This document shows positions 7,690-18,653 of a stretch of DNA of 64,000 nucleotides, in pieces; the stretch's first letter is position 1; each line of letters begins with the position of its first letter. A program made the translations under genes and the position numbers. Under the pieces are notes generated by a model. The model did not search any database, had not been told where the DNA came from, and saw nothing but the letters and a program-made list of their open reading frames with translations. Where the stretch lies: IMG/VR virus record IMGVR_UViG_3300005573_000073, positions 1 through 64,000 of that record; one strand, 5' to 3'. This DNA is from a virus.

Positions 7690-10356
7690 TTATAATGAAT
7701 TCAAAGCTTTACGAATAACTTCTCGATACTTTTTATCATCGTTAATTATATCGGCGAATTCTCCATAACGTTTAAACCAAGCATCTCTATTTAATTGTGT
7801 ATGAGAGTAGTCATCGTAAATAGTCTGGTTTTCGGCTGGACATTTCGGAATAATATGATGGGGAAGAGTTGTTTGTAAAATTCTGATCAGTTTTAATTCT
7901 TTAATCTGTTCTTCTGTTAAAATATGAAACTTACACTTTAATTTTGTTCTCGCAATCGTTAGAAAATCATCGCAAAGTTTTTCACTGTTAAGTTTGAAAA
8001 CAGCTTTATGATAACCATTTCTAGCCATAGTTAAATAAAGCTGTTTATCTTTTAATAATTTATTAATTAAAAAGATTTGTTTATTATAATCTTTATGTTT
8101 AGTGTATAAATCTGGAAAGAATTCTTTAACGGCTTTGGTTGAACCTATAACTGGAACACCCAACACTGCACATTCAAAAGCAAATTGGCTCCATCCAATA
8201 TAATTTTCATTGTCATCTAACGCTATTTTAATTTCTTCACGTAGTTTTTGTAAAAATTGACTTCTTGAAATATTAGTTATTTCTTTCACGTTATAATTTT
8301 CGCAGTTGATTGTTTGATTTTTTTCACCAGAAAAAACTACTACTGGTATATCAAATTTAAAAGTTACATTTTGCAATGAATGAAGAACAGAAGAATTTGA
8401 AAATCTATGCTGTAATAATGCGATATTGTTTGTTTTATTATTTATTAAATCAACATCAAATGTGGGGATGTCCATTTTTTCAAGTTGTGGAAGAGGCATA
8501 TAATACACTGGTTTTCTACAATATTTTACGTATAATGGATTTTCTGAAACAATAAAGTGTGCATCTACTAACTCGTCCATTTCACGAATTATTTTGTTTT
8601 TATCTTTAGCTTTTTCCTCTAGCCAACTTTCATCCATTTCCAAATTGTAAAGTTTATTTTTAACATTAAACATCCAGTTTAACTCATCATCAAATTGAAT
8701 AATTATTTTAGCAGCAGGATTTGCAATTTGTTTTACGAATTTTGGAATTTCAACATACCATTCCCAGCATTTACCATTATAAATATGATTTCTTGTTCCT
8801 AAATAAATAAAAACTATATCTGCATTTTTTATTGGATTCCAATAACTGTCATTTATAGAATGGTTTGTTATAACATCAAAATCAACAAATACCGAGTCGA
8901 AAATTATATAAGGATGATTTTTTACATATTTCTTAAAAGCTTTAACCCATACAAAATTTGGGTTAGTATCCATAACAATGCAAATTTTAAAAACAGGATA
9001 TTTTGCCTTATATTTTATTTTCACATCTTCGAAATATTCTTTAAATAATTTTTTAACGGTGCTTTGTTTAATTACTTTGGCAGGTTTCATAATTGGCACT
9101 TTACGAGTTGCAGGAACAAATTTTATATATGGCGTTTTTTTACCAACCAAAACTTCTCCAACGCCTTCAAATTGTGAAAGTTTAAAATGTTCCATGTAAC
9201 AACGTAAATCAACATATTGTGGAACTTTTAATCTTGCTAATTCATATGCGAGTCTTAAATCTTGTGCCCATGGATGATTCTTCCATCCTGCTAATCCCGT
9301 TAATTTTAAAAGTTCACGTTTAATACAAACTAAAGCATTACCTTGAAACCATACTTGAATAATGTTACGTAATTGTTTAATTTTGTTTGGTAATAAATGG
9401 TAAGATTTCTCCGTTACTTTATCATCCATTGATTTGGCAATTCTATTTAATGTAACGCTTAAATTCATATCTCCTTTAACTTTATCCATGCAGCAGCATC
9501 CTGCAATAACTGGGAAATTATACTTTTTAATATCGGCAATTAACATAGCAATATGATTATATGGAACAATAGCATCGTCACAATTAATAATTAAATGAGT
9601 ATATTCTTCGTGTTTAATGAAATAATCATAAGCAATTTGGTATGCTTCCATACTTGGATAATATTTAATCCATAATTTATCTACATAATCAATCTTGTCT
9701 AGAGATTCAATTGCAAAAGGTATATCACGTGGAGAAAGAATAACGAGTAAAGGATTAATTTTTATTTTTTGAATTTGACTTATGAACCCAGTTTGATACC
9801 CTTGTTTAAAACTGTTTTTCTGAAATATACTGAAATCACTTTGAGGAACATTCCATTTTGAACCGTATGAATACTGTAGAAACTTTTCAGGATTATATGG
9901 AACGTTGAAATCAATGTTGCTTATTACTATATGATCGAATTTTTCAAAAAAAGTTTGTGGATAAACTTCTGGATATAATTCATTATTAAACATGTTGATA
10001 GCGTTCCAAACTTTATTTTTACATCTATGAAAAATAAATATGTCTAAATGAAATGGGCTGTAGCCTTCACGTTTATATTTATCTTTAGTAAATGAAATAA
10101 CATTGTCATTACAGAAACTATTAGTTATCCATCCAAGATTTTTTGCTTTATCAACAACCGTGTCAATTAATTTTTTATATTCTTCCATAACTCCTAAATC
10201 AACATCATGATCCCATTTAATCATGTCTTTATCTCTTATAAATCCAAGCAATGTGCCACCAGTAACGAAAAACGGAACATTACACTCATCTAAAATATTT
10301 TTAATTTCAATTAAGATTTCCCAAAGCACTTCTCTATTATCTATTTCTTGAACCAT
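7690..10356 (-). CDS. LicD-family phosphotransferase fused to two glycosyltransferase-like domains
   Basis: N-terminal GGTLLGFIRDKDMIKWDHDVDLG, LDIF and YGSKWNVP (LicD); central HLIINCDD (GT-A-like); C-terminal FECAVLGVPVIG (GT-B/GT4-like). Confidence 0.8.
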   Translation of the reverse strand: MVQEIDNREVLWEILIEIKNILDECNVPFFVTGGTLLGFIRDKDMIKWDHDVDLGVMEEYKKLIDTVVDKAKNLGWITNSFCNDNVISFTKDKYKREGYSPFHLDIFIFHRCKNKVWNAINMFNNELYPEVYPQTFFEKFDHIVISNIDFNVPYNPEKFLQYSYGSKWNVPQSDFSIFQKNSFKQGYQTGFISQIQKIKINPLLVILSPRDIPFAIESLDKIDYVDKLWIKYYPSMEAYQIAYDYFIKHEEYTHLIINCDDAIVPYNHIAMLIADIKKYNFPVIAGCCCMDKVKGDMNLSVTLNRIAKSMDDKVTEKSYHLLPNKIKQLRNIIQVWFQGNALVCIKRELLKLTGLAGWKNHPWAQDLRLAYELARLKVPQYVDLRCYMEHFKLSQFEGVGEVLVGKKTPYIKFVPATRKVPIMKPAKVIKQSTVKKLFKEYFEDVKIKYKAKYPVFKICIVMDTNPNFVWVKAFKKYVKNHPYIIFDSVFVDFDVITNHSINDSYWNPIKNADIVFIYLGTRNHIYNGKCWEWYVEIPKFVKQIANPAAKIIIQFDDELNWMFNVKNKLYNLEMDESWLEEKAKDKNKIIREMDELVDAHFIVSENPLYVKYCRKPVYYMPLPQLEKMDIPTFDVDLINNKTNNIALLQHRFSNSSVLHSLQNVTFKFDIPVVVFSGEKNQTINCENYNVKEITNISRSQFLQKLREEIKIALDDNENYIGWSQFAFECAVLGVPVIGSTKAVKEFFPDLYTKHKDYNKQIFLINKLLKDKQLYLTMARNGYHKAVFKLNSEKLCDDFLTIARTKLKCKFHILTEEQIKELKLIRILQTTLPHHIIPKCPAENQTIYDDYSHTQLNRDAWFKRYGEFADIINDDKKYREVIRKALNSL

Positions 10357-11063
10357 ATTTTAACAACTCGCAAATCCTCATCATTGTCAATTTCAAACCA
10401 GTAATCATTTACTTCAACCAATTTACATATAAATTTTTCTCCCTTATTTATCATTAAATTAAATGCGTATTCATACCAATTATTAACTTTTCCTTTTTTA
10501 ATTATTTCTTTCAATGTTTCAGTTAAACATTTTACCGAAGATATTTTAGCTATTCCCGTATATTCACCAAACGATTCCCAACGTCCAATTTTTTTACTTA
10601 ACCTTTTAAAATGTCCTAAATTATCAAGTTCAACCTTCATTGCTTCCTCATCATATTCATGATAAAACAACTGATCATCTGTTTCCTGTGTTCCAATCCA
10701 TCTTTCAACAACAAGAATGTTTCCTTCTTCTTTAACTAATTTTTTAATTATGGATTCTGAAAATAACACGTCACCATTAATTATTAAAATTTCATCATTA
10801 AAATAATTAATTGCACAACATAATGAAACAATATTTTCAGTAAAGAAAAACGGATTATAAACAACTTTAACTTTAAGTTTTTTACATTGTTTTTCAACCA
10901 ATTCATGTTTAAACCCTGAAACAACAATAATTTCATCAACATATTTCTTCAGTATTTTTACTTGATGATTAAGTATTGTTTCCCCGTTAATTTTTACTAG
11001 AGATTTTGGCAAATTTAAATTTAAACGTTTACCTGATCCAGCAGCTAAAATTATTGCCTTCAA
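10341..11063 (-). CDS. NTP-transferase (LicC/phosphocholine cytidylyltransferase-like)
   Basis: MKAIILAAGSGKRL, PKSL, INGDV, WFEIDNDEDL. Confidence 0.85.
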   Translation of the reverse strand: MKAIILAAGSGKRLNLNLPKSLVKINGETILNHQVKILKKYVDEIIVVSGFKHELVEKQCKKLKVKVVYNPFFFTENIVSLCCAINYFNDEILIINGDVLFSESIIKKLVKEEGNILVVERWIGTQETDDQLFYHEYDEEAMKVELDNLGHFKRLSKKIGRWESFGEYTGIAKISSVKCLTETLKEIIKKGKVNNWYEYAFNLMINKGEKFICKLVEVNDYWFEIDNDEDLRVVKIWFKK

Positions 11064-14000
11064 TCAAAACATTCCTTCATATAATCTTCAATTGTTTCGC
11101 ATGGAACAATTTTAATAGTGTAATCTGAAGGAATAACGTCATGTTCATAATTCTTTTTGGGAATGCAAACTTTTTTGAAACCCATTTTTTGTGCTGCAAA
11201 AATCTTTTCGTTTGTTCCCCCGATTGGAGTTACTATAATTTTGTTATCTACTCCAATGTTAATTTCACCTGTTACAGCTACATCTTGCTTGATTTTTTTA
11301 TTTTTTAAACTTGAAATAACGGCTAAAGTCATGGCAACACCTGCTGATGGTCCATCAACACCAATTTCTTGAGCAAAATCAACATGCGTATGAAAATCTT
11401 GACTAATATCCACATTAAACATTTGAAGAATAACATGGCGAACTTTAGCTATGCTATGCTGCATCCAACTTGATTGTTCAGTAGCGACACCAGTAACAAT
11501 GAAACTGCCACTCTTCTTTTTTTTACATTTAACCACGGATGCACGTATTGGAAGAACTGAACCAAGCATTTCAGTATATTCATCCTCATCTTCTTCCTGT
11601 ATCATTGAAACAGCTAAACCATAAATTTGTCCAATTTTAGGTTTAGAATTTGCATCTATAATTTTATACAATTGATCTTTTAAGAGGCGTTTCTCAAGAA
11701 TCTGTTTGGCAATACTTTTACAGTGAACTGAAAAAGCCTCATCAACATATTTTTTATCCACAAATAGTTTTCCATCATTTTGAGCTAGAATACTTGCCAC
11801 TTTTATTATACTAATCATCGGTCTAAACTGGCAAGTTAAACGGTCATTTCGTCCACTTTTAATCCTTGCAATGTCAATTATAGCTTTACATGCTTCACGA
11901 CTAAACGGTAAAAGATTAAAACGTTTCGTTTCCTGTGCAATAAACTGCACATATTTACGTCTATTTTCAACAGTATTAGGCATATCATTATTCATATAGA
12001 CAATTCGTCCATATCCAGCTATACGATCAACAAGTGCCTTATGCATTTGAGGCAGAGAATCCAAGTTGCCTGCACCAATAAAGAAAAACATTGCAGGAAC
12101 AGGTTCAGTTGAAACAGCCATAGCTGCTGTATTATGACAAAGAATCCCATTAGCAATAAAACATTCGTGTTTTGTTGAAATATCAAAGACTTCTTCTTCA
12201 TCTCTGTCAATAATTTTCTTTATTCTATGTAAAGTTAATAATCCTTGATTTCTTAAATGATTGACTTTAAAATCTTCAGAAGAGTCTTTCCATATAGTCA
12301 ATTTATACTGTGAATTTAGAGATTTGAATGCTTTCTTTCCATTCAATCTTCCAGAAGATATTGATGCCTCAATTCCAATTATGGAAAAAAGTGTTTGAAA
12401 ATCTTCAAGAAGTTTTCTATTAACGGAACCAAATTGTGTAATCATTCTTCTATCTTTTCTATACCTACATCCATCACTTCTTTTATATCCTCGTATGAAT
12501 GCTTTCACTTTACTCTCTGGTAAAAAGAATATCCATTCAGGAATTCTTTTATTAAATGCTCCACTTACAAATCCCAGATTTTTCATTTTCCTAACAAGTT
12601 CAGTAGAATAGAGTCTCATATCTCCATTGACATTCTTTAAAGATGCAGTAACATTAAGTTTTTTGGCATAAGCATAAACAAAACTTTTGCTTTCTTCTGA
12701 TTTACCAGTTGCCAGTCCAACGATTTTATTTGCTTCAAACCATCCATTACCAATCCAATATCCATAAAATTCTAAATCATTTTCAGACTCTGATTCCATA
12801 TCTATTTTGGGCACTTCAATTTTATTAATGGTTATGCATTTTCCATGTTCAATGGTTGTTGGAACAAGCGGTTGTTTACTATGAAGGTTGTTATATCTAA
12901 ACAAGGAATGGTCTTTCGTGAGTTTAATGGATTTCCCATTAATCAATTCTATATATTTAATTGGTTTCTTCCCTCTTCTAAACACTTTCAAAACTGGTGT
13001 CCACATCAACTTTTTACATTTAAAATCCATATGTTCAGGGCAAAGAACCTCAATCTTATTACCATTCTCGAAAGACGCAACTAATTCATTAAATTGTCTG
13101 TATCTGATATTCCCATTCTCTTTGAAGAATATCATTGTATCACCAGTGATACTATCACCTCCATGAAACAAACTTCTTAACGCAATAGGCAATTGACCAT
13201 CTTCCAAAACAGTTAACAATGTAATAGCTTCAGCACCAGTTAAATTTTTAACTTCATCAATAAACAAAACACCCAAATGAGCACGATGCACATCACCAGC
13301 ACTAACACGTTGATGTTCAGGAGTGCCGAGACCTCCCGACTGGTAAGGATCCCATGCTATTGAGTTTCCAGTGAAACTTAACTTACCATTTTTCTCTATC
13401 AAAAAGTTATGATTTTTTGTTTGGATACACCATACTTTTCCCTTATATTTTATTTGTTTTATGTTTGATGTTTTTACGTATCCAGCTTTTTTTGAAAGGT
13501 TTACTCTGAAACCAATTCTCCATTTTCCATTATTTCTTCTTTTATCTTCTGAAATACTTATAGAATATCCCAGTTTTAATCCTAGTTCAATGATATTATC
13601 TCTTAATTGTAATGATGTAGTATAGTAAGTAGTCATTTTTTTATTACCATCACCCAACATTAATGTTTCGAAAAGACAAGATAATTTTTCTTTTGGAAGA
13701 TTTAGATACTCCGATGGGATAAATCTTTCATGCTGGTATCTTCCGCACTTCATTAGTATATTAACAATACTTTTATCAGTAATAATACATTCCGTTTTAT
13801 TCCAAAAATGTTTGACGTTCATTTGTCGAAGCAACAGTTCTATTTCGGTAGGAAATTTCTTCTGACTTATTGCAACATAATTTCTTTGTTCTAAATAATA
13901 GCCTTCTGAAATGAACCATCCAATTAAACGAAGCAAATTACAAGTTATTTTTTCATTATCTCGTCCAATCCAATTTCCATTTTGAGGAATAAAGAATCTA

Positions 14001-16165
14001 CTTTTTTCCATCACCTCGGTTATTTTGTTATACTGAAGAGGAAGTTTTATTTTATCACAGTAACTCCTAGGTCTATATAATAGCTTATGGTCTGGAGTAA
14101 CTTGAAAATTCAATCCTTTCTTTTCATTTAAAGACAACATCGGTCCATTATAATCATAAACAAATATTTTGTCAACTGGTTGTAATTCTATTTGCTCTGT
14201 TTTTGGATTTAATGTGAAAACTATATCTCCTTCTTTGACAAACTGCCATTCCTTGATTCCATTAGTAGTAAATAATCTAGTATTTTCATCTAAACATCCG
14301 TATAATTGTGCACTTCCATGTCCTGTTGCATCTACAAAAGGTGCACGTCCTAGACTGTTATCCACTATTAGTTTGGGTGCGGTTGTTCGTTGCACTCCAC
14401 CTATGCTGTAGCCTCCTTGTTGCACGTTTCCCCCGAACAATTTTCCAATTTGCCAAATAAAAAATGTTACAAACAATAATGATCCGCCAATACTTATTAG
14501 CATTATGTTTGTTAAAACAGCATTAAAGAAACCGATTAAACTTGATAGAAGTATAATGTTAACTATTCCAATACCAAGAGTTAATGCTCCAAACCCGCCG
14601 AGAACAAACATTAAAAGTCTCATACCCCATTTTTTCCAAAATGATTTTTTATCTTCAACTTTATATTTTTGCATTACGATTTCTTTGCCTTTTCCTGCTG
14701 GATGAATACTTATTCTTGGTTCAGAAGGTAATCGTGGATTGTGCCAGCATAAAACATCTGTTAATTTAATACCTCGTTTTTTATATTCTTCTGTTAAGTA
14801 TTCGGCTAATGCTCTCCCAATCAACGACTTGCCTGTGTTATGAGATACAATTCCATTAGCAATAAAGTGATGACGATAAGGAACTTCAATATCATAAACA
14901 GTTGCAACCCCCATTGGTTTAATTGAAATTACTCTTTCCCACAATTGATTGCGTCTTTGTCTTCGTTTGGAAACATATTTAACCAACTGTTCTAACTTTT
15001 CTTGTTTTCTTGTAGTCTTAAACCCTATATATTTAGCAAATCGTTCTATTGATTTTCCTCTTTGTATTCTAAGATGTCTTCCTTTCACAACTGAGTATAT
15101 ACCAAACCTAAGAAGAAGTATTTGAATATCTCGAAGTAATTCTATTCTTTTTTCTGCTTGTTCACATGTAATGCCATAATGACCTCTTCCTTTACAATAA
15201 ACAGAACCATCGCCAGTAAAGAACCACGATAGAAAAGATGAAACAACTGAATCTGGAGATTGCATTATTCCAATAGGAACTCTTTTTTCTTTGAGAAATG
15301 ATAACTTATCGGCTATCCATTTTCTATTTATTTCTAATATATGGACATCAATGGTTCTATTAAATCCGTGAGCCACTCTAGTATATAATGATGGTTCAAC
15401 ATCAAATGATTCACGAATTATTTGTTGAAGTTTCGGAATTAATTCTCGTTCATTATCGGCAATAAAAAGTGTTAAAGCATATTTATCTATACTTCCATCT
15501 GCCAAAGCATAACCAAGTAATCCACCAATTTTCTCGTCTATAAATCCATAATAGTTTTTCTTCCAACATGGTATTTTTGTGACAACTCGCAGATAATCTG
15601 TTGTAGAAAGTTCATCAAGTCTTTTCCAGCCATTTTTCGTAAGAAGCGGATGATTATATGTTCCCACTATCCGTTTTCCACTTTCAGTTATTATCTCCAT
15701 TACTGGTTGATTTTCATATCTATGAAATACTGTCGCTATACCTTTATACTTTTCAGACATTTTTCCAAATTGATATACTGGAACATGAATATCATCAAGA
15801 TGAGTTTGACCTAAATTCTCAAGTTTGTTAAATGTGCCATCTCTTAAAGCAATGCGTTCATCACCTACAAGACAACCTGCTGCCCCGAGCATTAATACAA
15901 ATGGTCCTGCTGGAAGCATTTCTTTCAAGTTTTTATCTGGATTTTCTGGATTTTCAAATTTTTTCCACCATTTCTTTTTTCTTAAATATAATAATTTATT
16001 TATCCATTCATCAATACATAAATGAATCTCTTTAAGAACATTGTCTTGACCGATAACATAATCAATCATTCGTTTTGGAAGTGGAAATCTTTTTAACGTT
16101 TTAAATTTTTTCCAATTCCATTCTTTTGTCGCTTCACCGAAAAAATCATCTTCCTTTTCAGTCAA
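11060..16165 (-). CDS. lonB: archaeal LonB ATP-dependent protease with three inteins (about 703 aa after splicing)
   Basis: VIGQD, Walker A GAAG/TGKS split by an intein, two TM helices, DPYQSGGLGTPEHQRV, LFIDE, catalytic GVDGPSAG and EKI. Confidence 0.9.
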   Translation of the reverse strand: MTEKEDDFFGEATKEWNWKKFKTLKRFPLPKRMIDYVIGQDNVLKEIHLCIDEWINKLLYLRKKKWWKKFENPENPDKNLKEMLPAGPFVLMLGAAGCLVGDERIALRDGTFNKLENLGQTHLDDIHVPVYQFGKMSEKYKGIATVFHRYENQPVMEIITESGKRIVGTYNHPLLTKNGWKRLDELSTTDYLRVVTKIPCWKKNYYGFIDEKIGGLLGYALADGSIDKYALTLFIADNERELIPKLQQIIRESFDVEPSLYTRVAHGFNRTIDVHILEINRKWIADKLSFLKEKRVPIGIMQSPDSVVSSFLSWFFTGDGSVYCKGRGHYGITCEQAEKRIELLRDIQILLLRFGIYSVVKGRHLRIQRGKSIERFAKYIGFKTTRKQEKLEQLVKYVSKRRQRRNQLWERVISIKPMGVATVYDIEVPYRHHFIANGIVSHNTGKSLIGRALAEYLTEEYKKRGIKLTDVLCWHNPRLPSEPRISIHPAGKGKEIVMQKYKVEDKKSFWKKWGMRLLMFVLGGFGALTLGIGIVNIILLSSLIGFFNAVLTNIMLISIGGSLLFVTFFIWQIGKLFGGNVQQGGYSIGGVQRTTAPKLIVDNSLGRAPFVDATGHGSAQLYGCLDENTRLFTTNGIKEWQFVKEGDIVFTLNPKTEQIELQPVDKIFVYDYNGPMLSLNEKKGLNFQVTPDHKLLYRPRSYCDKIKLPLQYNKITEVMEKSRFFIPQNGNWIGRDNEKITCNLLRLIGWFISEGYYLEQRNYVAISQKKFPTEIELLLRQMNVKHFWNKTECIITDKSIVNILMKCGRYQHERFIPSEYLNLPKEKLSCLFETLMLGDGNKKMTTYYTTSLQLRDNIIELGLKLGYSISISEDKRRNNGKWRIGFRVNLSKKAGYVKTSNIKQIKYKGKVWCIQTKNHNFLIEKNGKLSFTGNSIAWDPYQSGGLGTPEHQRVSAGDVHRAHLGVLFIDEVKNLTGAEAITLLTVLEDGQLPIALRSLFHGGDSITGDTMIFFKENGNIRYRQFNELVASFENGNKIEVLCPEHMDFKCKKLMWTPVLKVFRRGKKPIKYIELINGKSIKLTKDHSLFRYNNLHSKQPLVPTTIEHGKCITINKIEVPKIDMESESENDLEFYGYWIGNGWFEANKIVGLATGKSEESKSFVYAYAKKLNVTASLKNVNGDMRLYSTELVRKMKNLGFVSGAFNKRIPEWIFFLPESKVKAFIRGYKRSDGCRYRKDRRMITQFGSVNRKLLEDFQTLFSIIGIEASISSGRLNGKKAFKSLNSQYKLTIWKDSSEDFKVNHLRNQGLLTLHRIKKIIDRDEEEVFDISTKHECFIANGILCHNTAAMAVSTEPVPAMFFFIGAGNLDSLPQMHKALVDRIAGYGRIVYMNNDMPNTVENRRKYVQFIAQETKRFNLLPFSREACKAIIDIARIKSGRNDRLTCQFRPMISIIKVASILAQNDGKLFVDKKYVDEAFSVHCKSIAKQILEKRLLKDQLYKIIDANSKPKIGQIYGLAVSMIQEEDEDEYTEMLGSVLPIRASVVKCKKKKSGSFIVTGVATEQSSWMQHSIAKVRHVILQMFNVDISQDFHTHVDFAQEIGVDGPSAGVAMTLAVISSLKNKKIKQDVAVTGEINIGVDNKIIVTPIGGTNEKIFAAQKMGFKKVCIPKKNYEHDVIPSDYTIKIVPCETIEDYMKECFD
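12131..13153 (-). mobile_element. intein 3 in LonB (341 aa)
   Basis: SITGDT...LTKDH...ILCHN/T; YWIGNG and YKRSDG. Confidence 0.85.
13364..14296 (-). mobile_element. intein 2 in LonB (311 aa)
   Basis: CLDENT...VTPDH...FTGN/S; LIGWFISEG and LMLGDG. Confidence 0.85.
14837..15874 (-). mobile_element. intein 1 in LonB (346 aa, LAGLIDADG endonuclease)
   Basis: CLVGDE...IVSHN/T inserted in the P-loop; LLGYALADG and FFTGDG motifs. Confidence 0.9.
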
Positions 16166-16214
16166 GCATTAACACCATAATATAAAGGATTAAAGAAATA
16201 TTTAAACTTTATGG

Positions 16215-18095
16215 TTAAGCAGCCCTGTAAGTTGAAGGGGACACTTCAATAATTTTTCCATTATTAATTAACTGTATAATTAAACGGTCAAATTCGTCTG
16301 GAGATATTTTGAATTTACATTCATCCATCCATTCGTCTCTTGTAAGTTGATCATATTTTCTTAATATATCCAGCATGTAAGCCAATTTTTGTCCTAAAGT
16401 TGTTGCGTTTTCAATATTATAAATGTTACCATCATCTGATCCAAACTTACATGTCTGTTTTAACGATTCTGACATTATGTAAATAGCTCTTTCAGCATCA
16501 TCTTCATCAACTTCTTCTTTTAAAAGAATTTTAGCGTGTGCTTCAGCTAACCTGATTAAACCATATAATTGTCTAGGTGTTATTTGAATAGCGTTATCCA
16601 GACTTTGTGATTGACGAGCCTTTAAAAAGAAATTTTCAAGTTTATCTTCTGCTTTTACAGTCATTTTGGGTTTTAAATTTTTAGCATATGCCAAATAATT
16701 CATTAAAAATTCCCTATCGATATATTCTACGTTTCTATTTCCAAAAACACAATCCACAAGCATCTTATCTCTTTCAATATCTGGCTTATCAATTATTATA
16801 AAGATTAAATCAAATCTGCTTAAAATAGTTGGCGGAAGATTTTTAATATTGTCAGCAATGTCTTTTGTTAAATCATATCTACCCATTTGCGGGTTTGCAG
16901 CAGCAATCACGGTTGTTCTTGCTGATAATTGAGTATGAATATCAGCCTTATGATAAGTTACAGTTTGCTTTTCTAATGCTTCATGAATAGCTTCCCTATC
17001 TTCAGGTTTCATTTTATCAATTTCATCTATACAAGCAACTCCCCCATCCGCCAATACTAAAATTCCAGCGTAAAGGATATACCCATCATTTTCTTTAATT
17101 GCTGCTGCTGTTAATCCAGCAATAGATGAACTTTTTGCACTTGAAAAAATACCGTTGGACACTAAACTTGATGCTGCTGTTAAAAGTTGTGTTTTACCAA
17201 CGGAAGGATCTCCAACTAATAAAACATGTGTATTGCCACGTATATTAATATCTGGATATGCTTTTGGAACGCCACCTACTAATGCTAGTAAAACAGCTTC
17301 TTTTTCTAGTTCTAACCCATTTAAACTTGGTGCAACATTAAAAATTAATGTGTTGTATATATTTGGTTGTTTTGTAAATTGCTTAAACTGTTCAATTTGT
17401 TCGTTGGTAAAACTTGAAATAGAAATATCTTTTCTTTTAACAGTAATACTATCAGCCTCAATAAAAGTTTCTGTAAAACGACTTGTTTGACTTCCCAAGA
17501 AATTTCTAATTTTAACAACACCGACAACTTCTACATGATCTCCGCATCTTGCTAAATTTAACAATGATTTTTTCGTAATTAAAATGCTTTTGTGATCTGG
17601 AATTTGAAGTGTGGAATCCTTGGGAAATTCTTGAACAACAATTCGTTGACTGTTGCAGAACTTGCTTAATTCTGAATTTAAGTCAAGTTTAGTTAGATTA
17701 CGACAATGTGGACATTTATACGGCGAAGTAATCTTAAATGGATCTTCTTGTAATACGTGAATTTGACTTTGACATTTTCTACAAATAAAAATAGCCTCAT
17801 TATACATTGGTTTAATACTGCCAATGCTACTTATCATTCCACGAATTTTAATCAGTTTACCTATATGGTCTGAACCGATTTCATGTATTGGAATTAAATA
17901 TTTATCTGATAATAAGATGTTAACATCCATATTAAATGACAATTCAGATTTGATTCTATCTATCGCACTTTTTGCTTCAGTAAAATTTGAATAAACATAA
18001 TCTTCATTTTCCTCATCAAGAATAAGTTCAACATTTTTATCTCCTTTACTTTTAGAAATTACTTCATAAACATAATTTTTGAATTTTTCAGACAA
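16215..18095 (-). CDS. mcm: MCM replicative helicase
   Basis: Zn finger CRKC..CPHC, LLVGDPSVGKTQLL, GLTAA, ACIDEIDKM, AAANP, SRFDL, ITPRQL. Confidence 0.95.
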   Translation of the reverse strand: MSEKFKNYVYEVISKSKGDKNVELILDEENEDYVYSNFTEAKSAIDRIKSELSFNMDVNILLSDKYLIPIHEIGSDHIGKLIKIRGMISSIGSIKPMYNEAIFICRKCQSQIHVLQEDPFKITSPYKCPHCRNLTKLDLNSELSKFCNSQRIVVQEFPKDSTLQIPDHKSILITKKSLLNLARCGDHVEVVGVVKIRNFLGSQTSRFTETFIEADSITVKRKDISISSFTNEQIEQFKQFTKQPNIYNTLIFNVAPSLNGLELEKEAVLLALVGGVPKAYPDINIRGNTHVLLVGDPSVGKTQLLTAASSLVSNGIFSSAKSSSIAGLTAAAIKENDGYILYAGILVLADGGVACIDEIDKMKPEDREAIHEALEKQTVTYHKADIHTQLSARTTVIAAANPQMGRYDLTKDIADNIKNLPPTILSRFDLIFIIIDKPDIERDKMLVDCVFGNRNVEYIDREFLMNYLAYAKNLKPKMTVKAEDKLENFFLKARQSQSLDNAIQITPRQLYGLIRLAEAHAKILLKEEVDEDDAERAIYIMSESLKQTCKFGSDDGNIYNIENATTLGQKLAYMLDILRKYDQLTRDEWMDECKFKISPDEFDRLIIQLINNGKIIEVSPSTYRAA

Positions 18096-18161
18096 ACTGA
18101 ATCACGATCATTATAATATTCAAACAGGTATTTAAATTTTTTTCCCTAATAAGGGAAAGAT

Positions 18162-18653
18162 TTAAATAATCACAGTTAAAGTTTTGGCATCTTTATCATA
18201 TTCAGCATCACAAGAAACTTCTTTTTCGAAAATAACTTTTTTCATTAATTCAACAATACGTTTTCTTTTTTCATTTTTGTCCATTATAATTTTTGAATCA
18301 AATTTAATGTTTGAACCTTTGATGTTATAACGTTGTTCTTTTTCCTTTGTTCGCCATTCAAACGCCATTTTACGAAAAAAATTTTCTATTGAGGGAATTA
18401 TCAAAGCGTTCTCTGATTTCAATTCTGATTGAACACGTTCATTATTCAAACAGTTTAAGCAGAGAAAATTAAATTTTTCATCCATGCATTCTGCTGGTTT
18501 ACCACAATTAACACATAATGGTTTAGTAATAAATTCTGGAATTGGATAAACCGTTAAAACATTATTATAAGGTTCAAAAAAATAATTTTGCGTATAAACA
18601 CGTTCAAATATTCTTTTATTTTTTTCTTTTTGAGAAATTATGATTTGCATCAT
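18162..18653 (-). CDS. hypothetical zinc-finger protein
   Basis: CVNC...CLNC. Confidence 0.55.
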   Translation of the reverse strand: MMQIIISQKEKNKRIFERVYTQNYFFEPYNNVLTVYPIPEFITKPLCVNCGKPAECMDEKFNFLCLNCLNNERVQSELKSENALIIPSIENFFRKMAFEWRTKEKEQRYNIKGSNIKFDSKIIMDKNEKRKRIVELMKKVIFEKEVSCDAEYDKDAKTLTVII

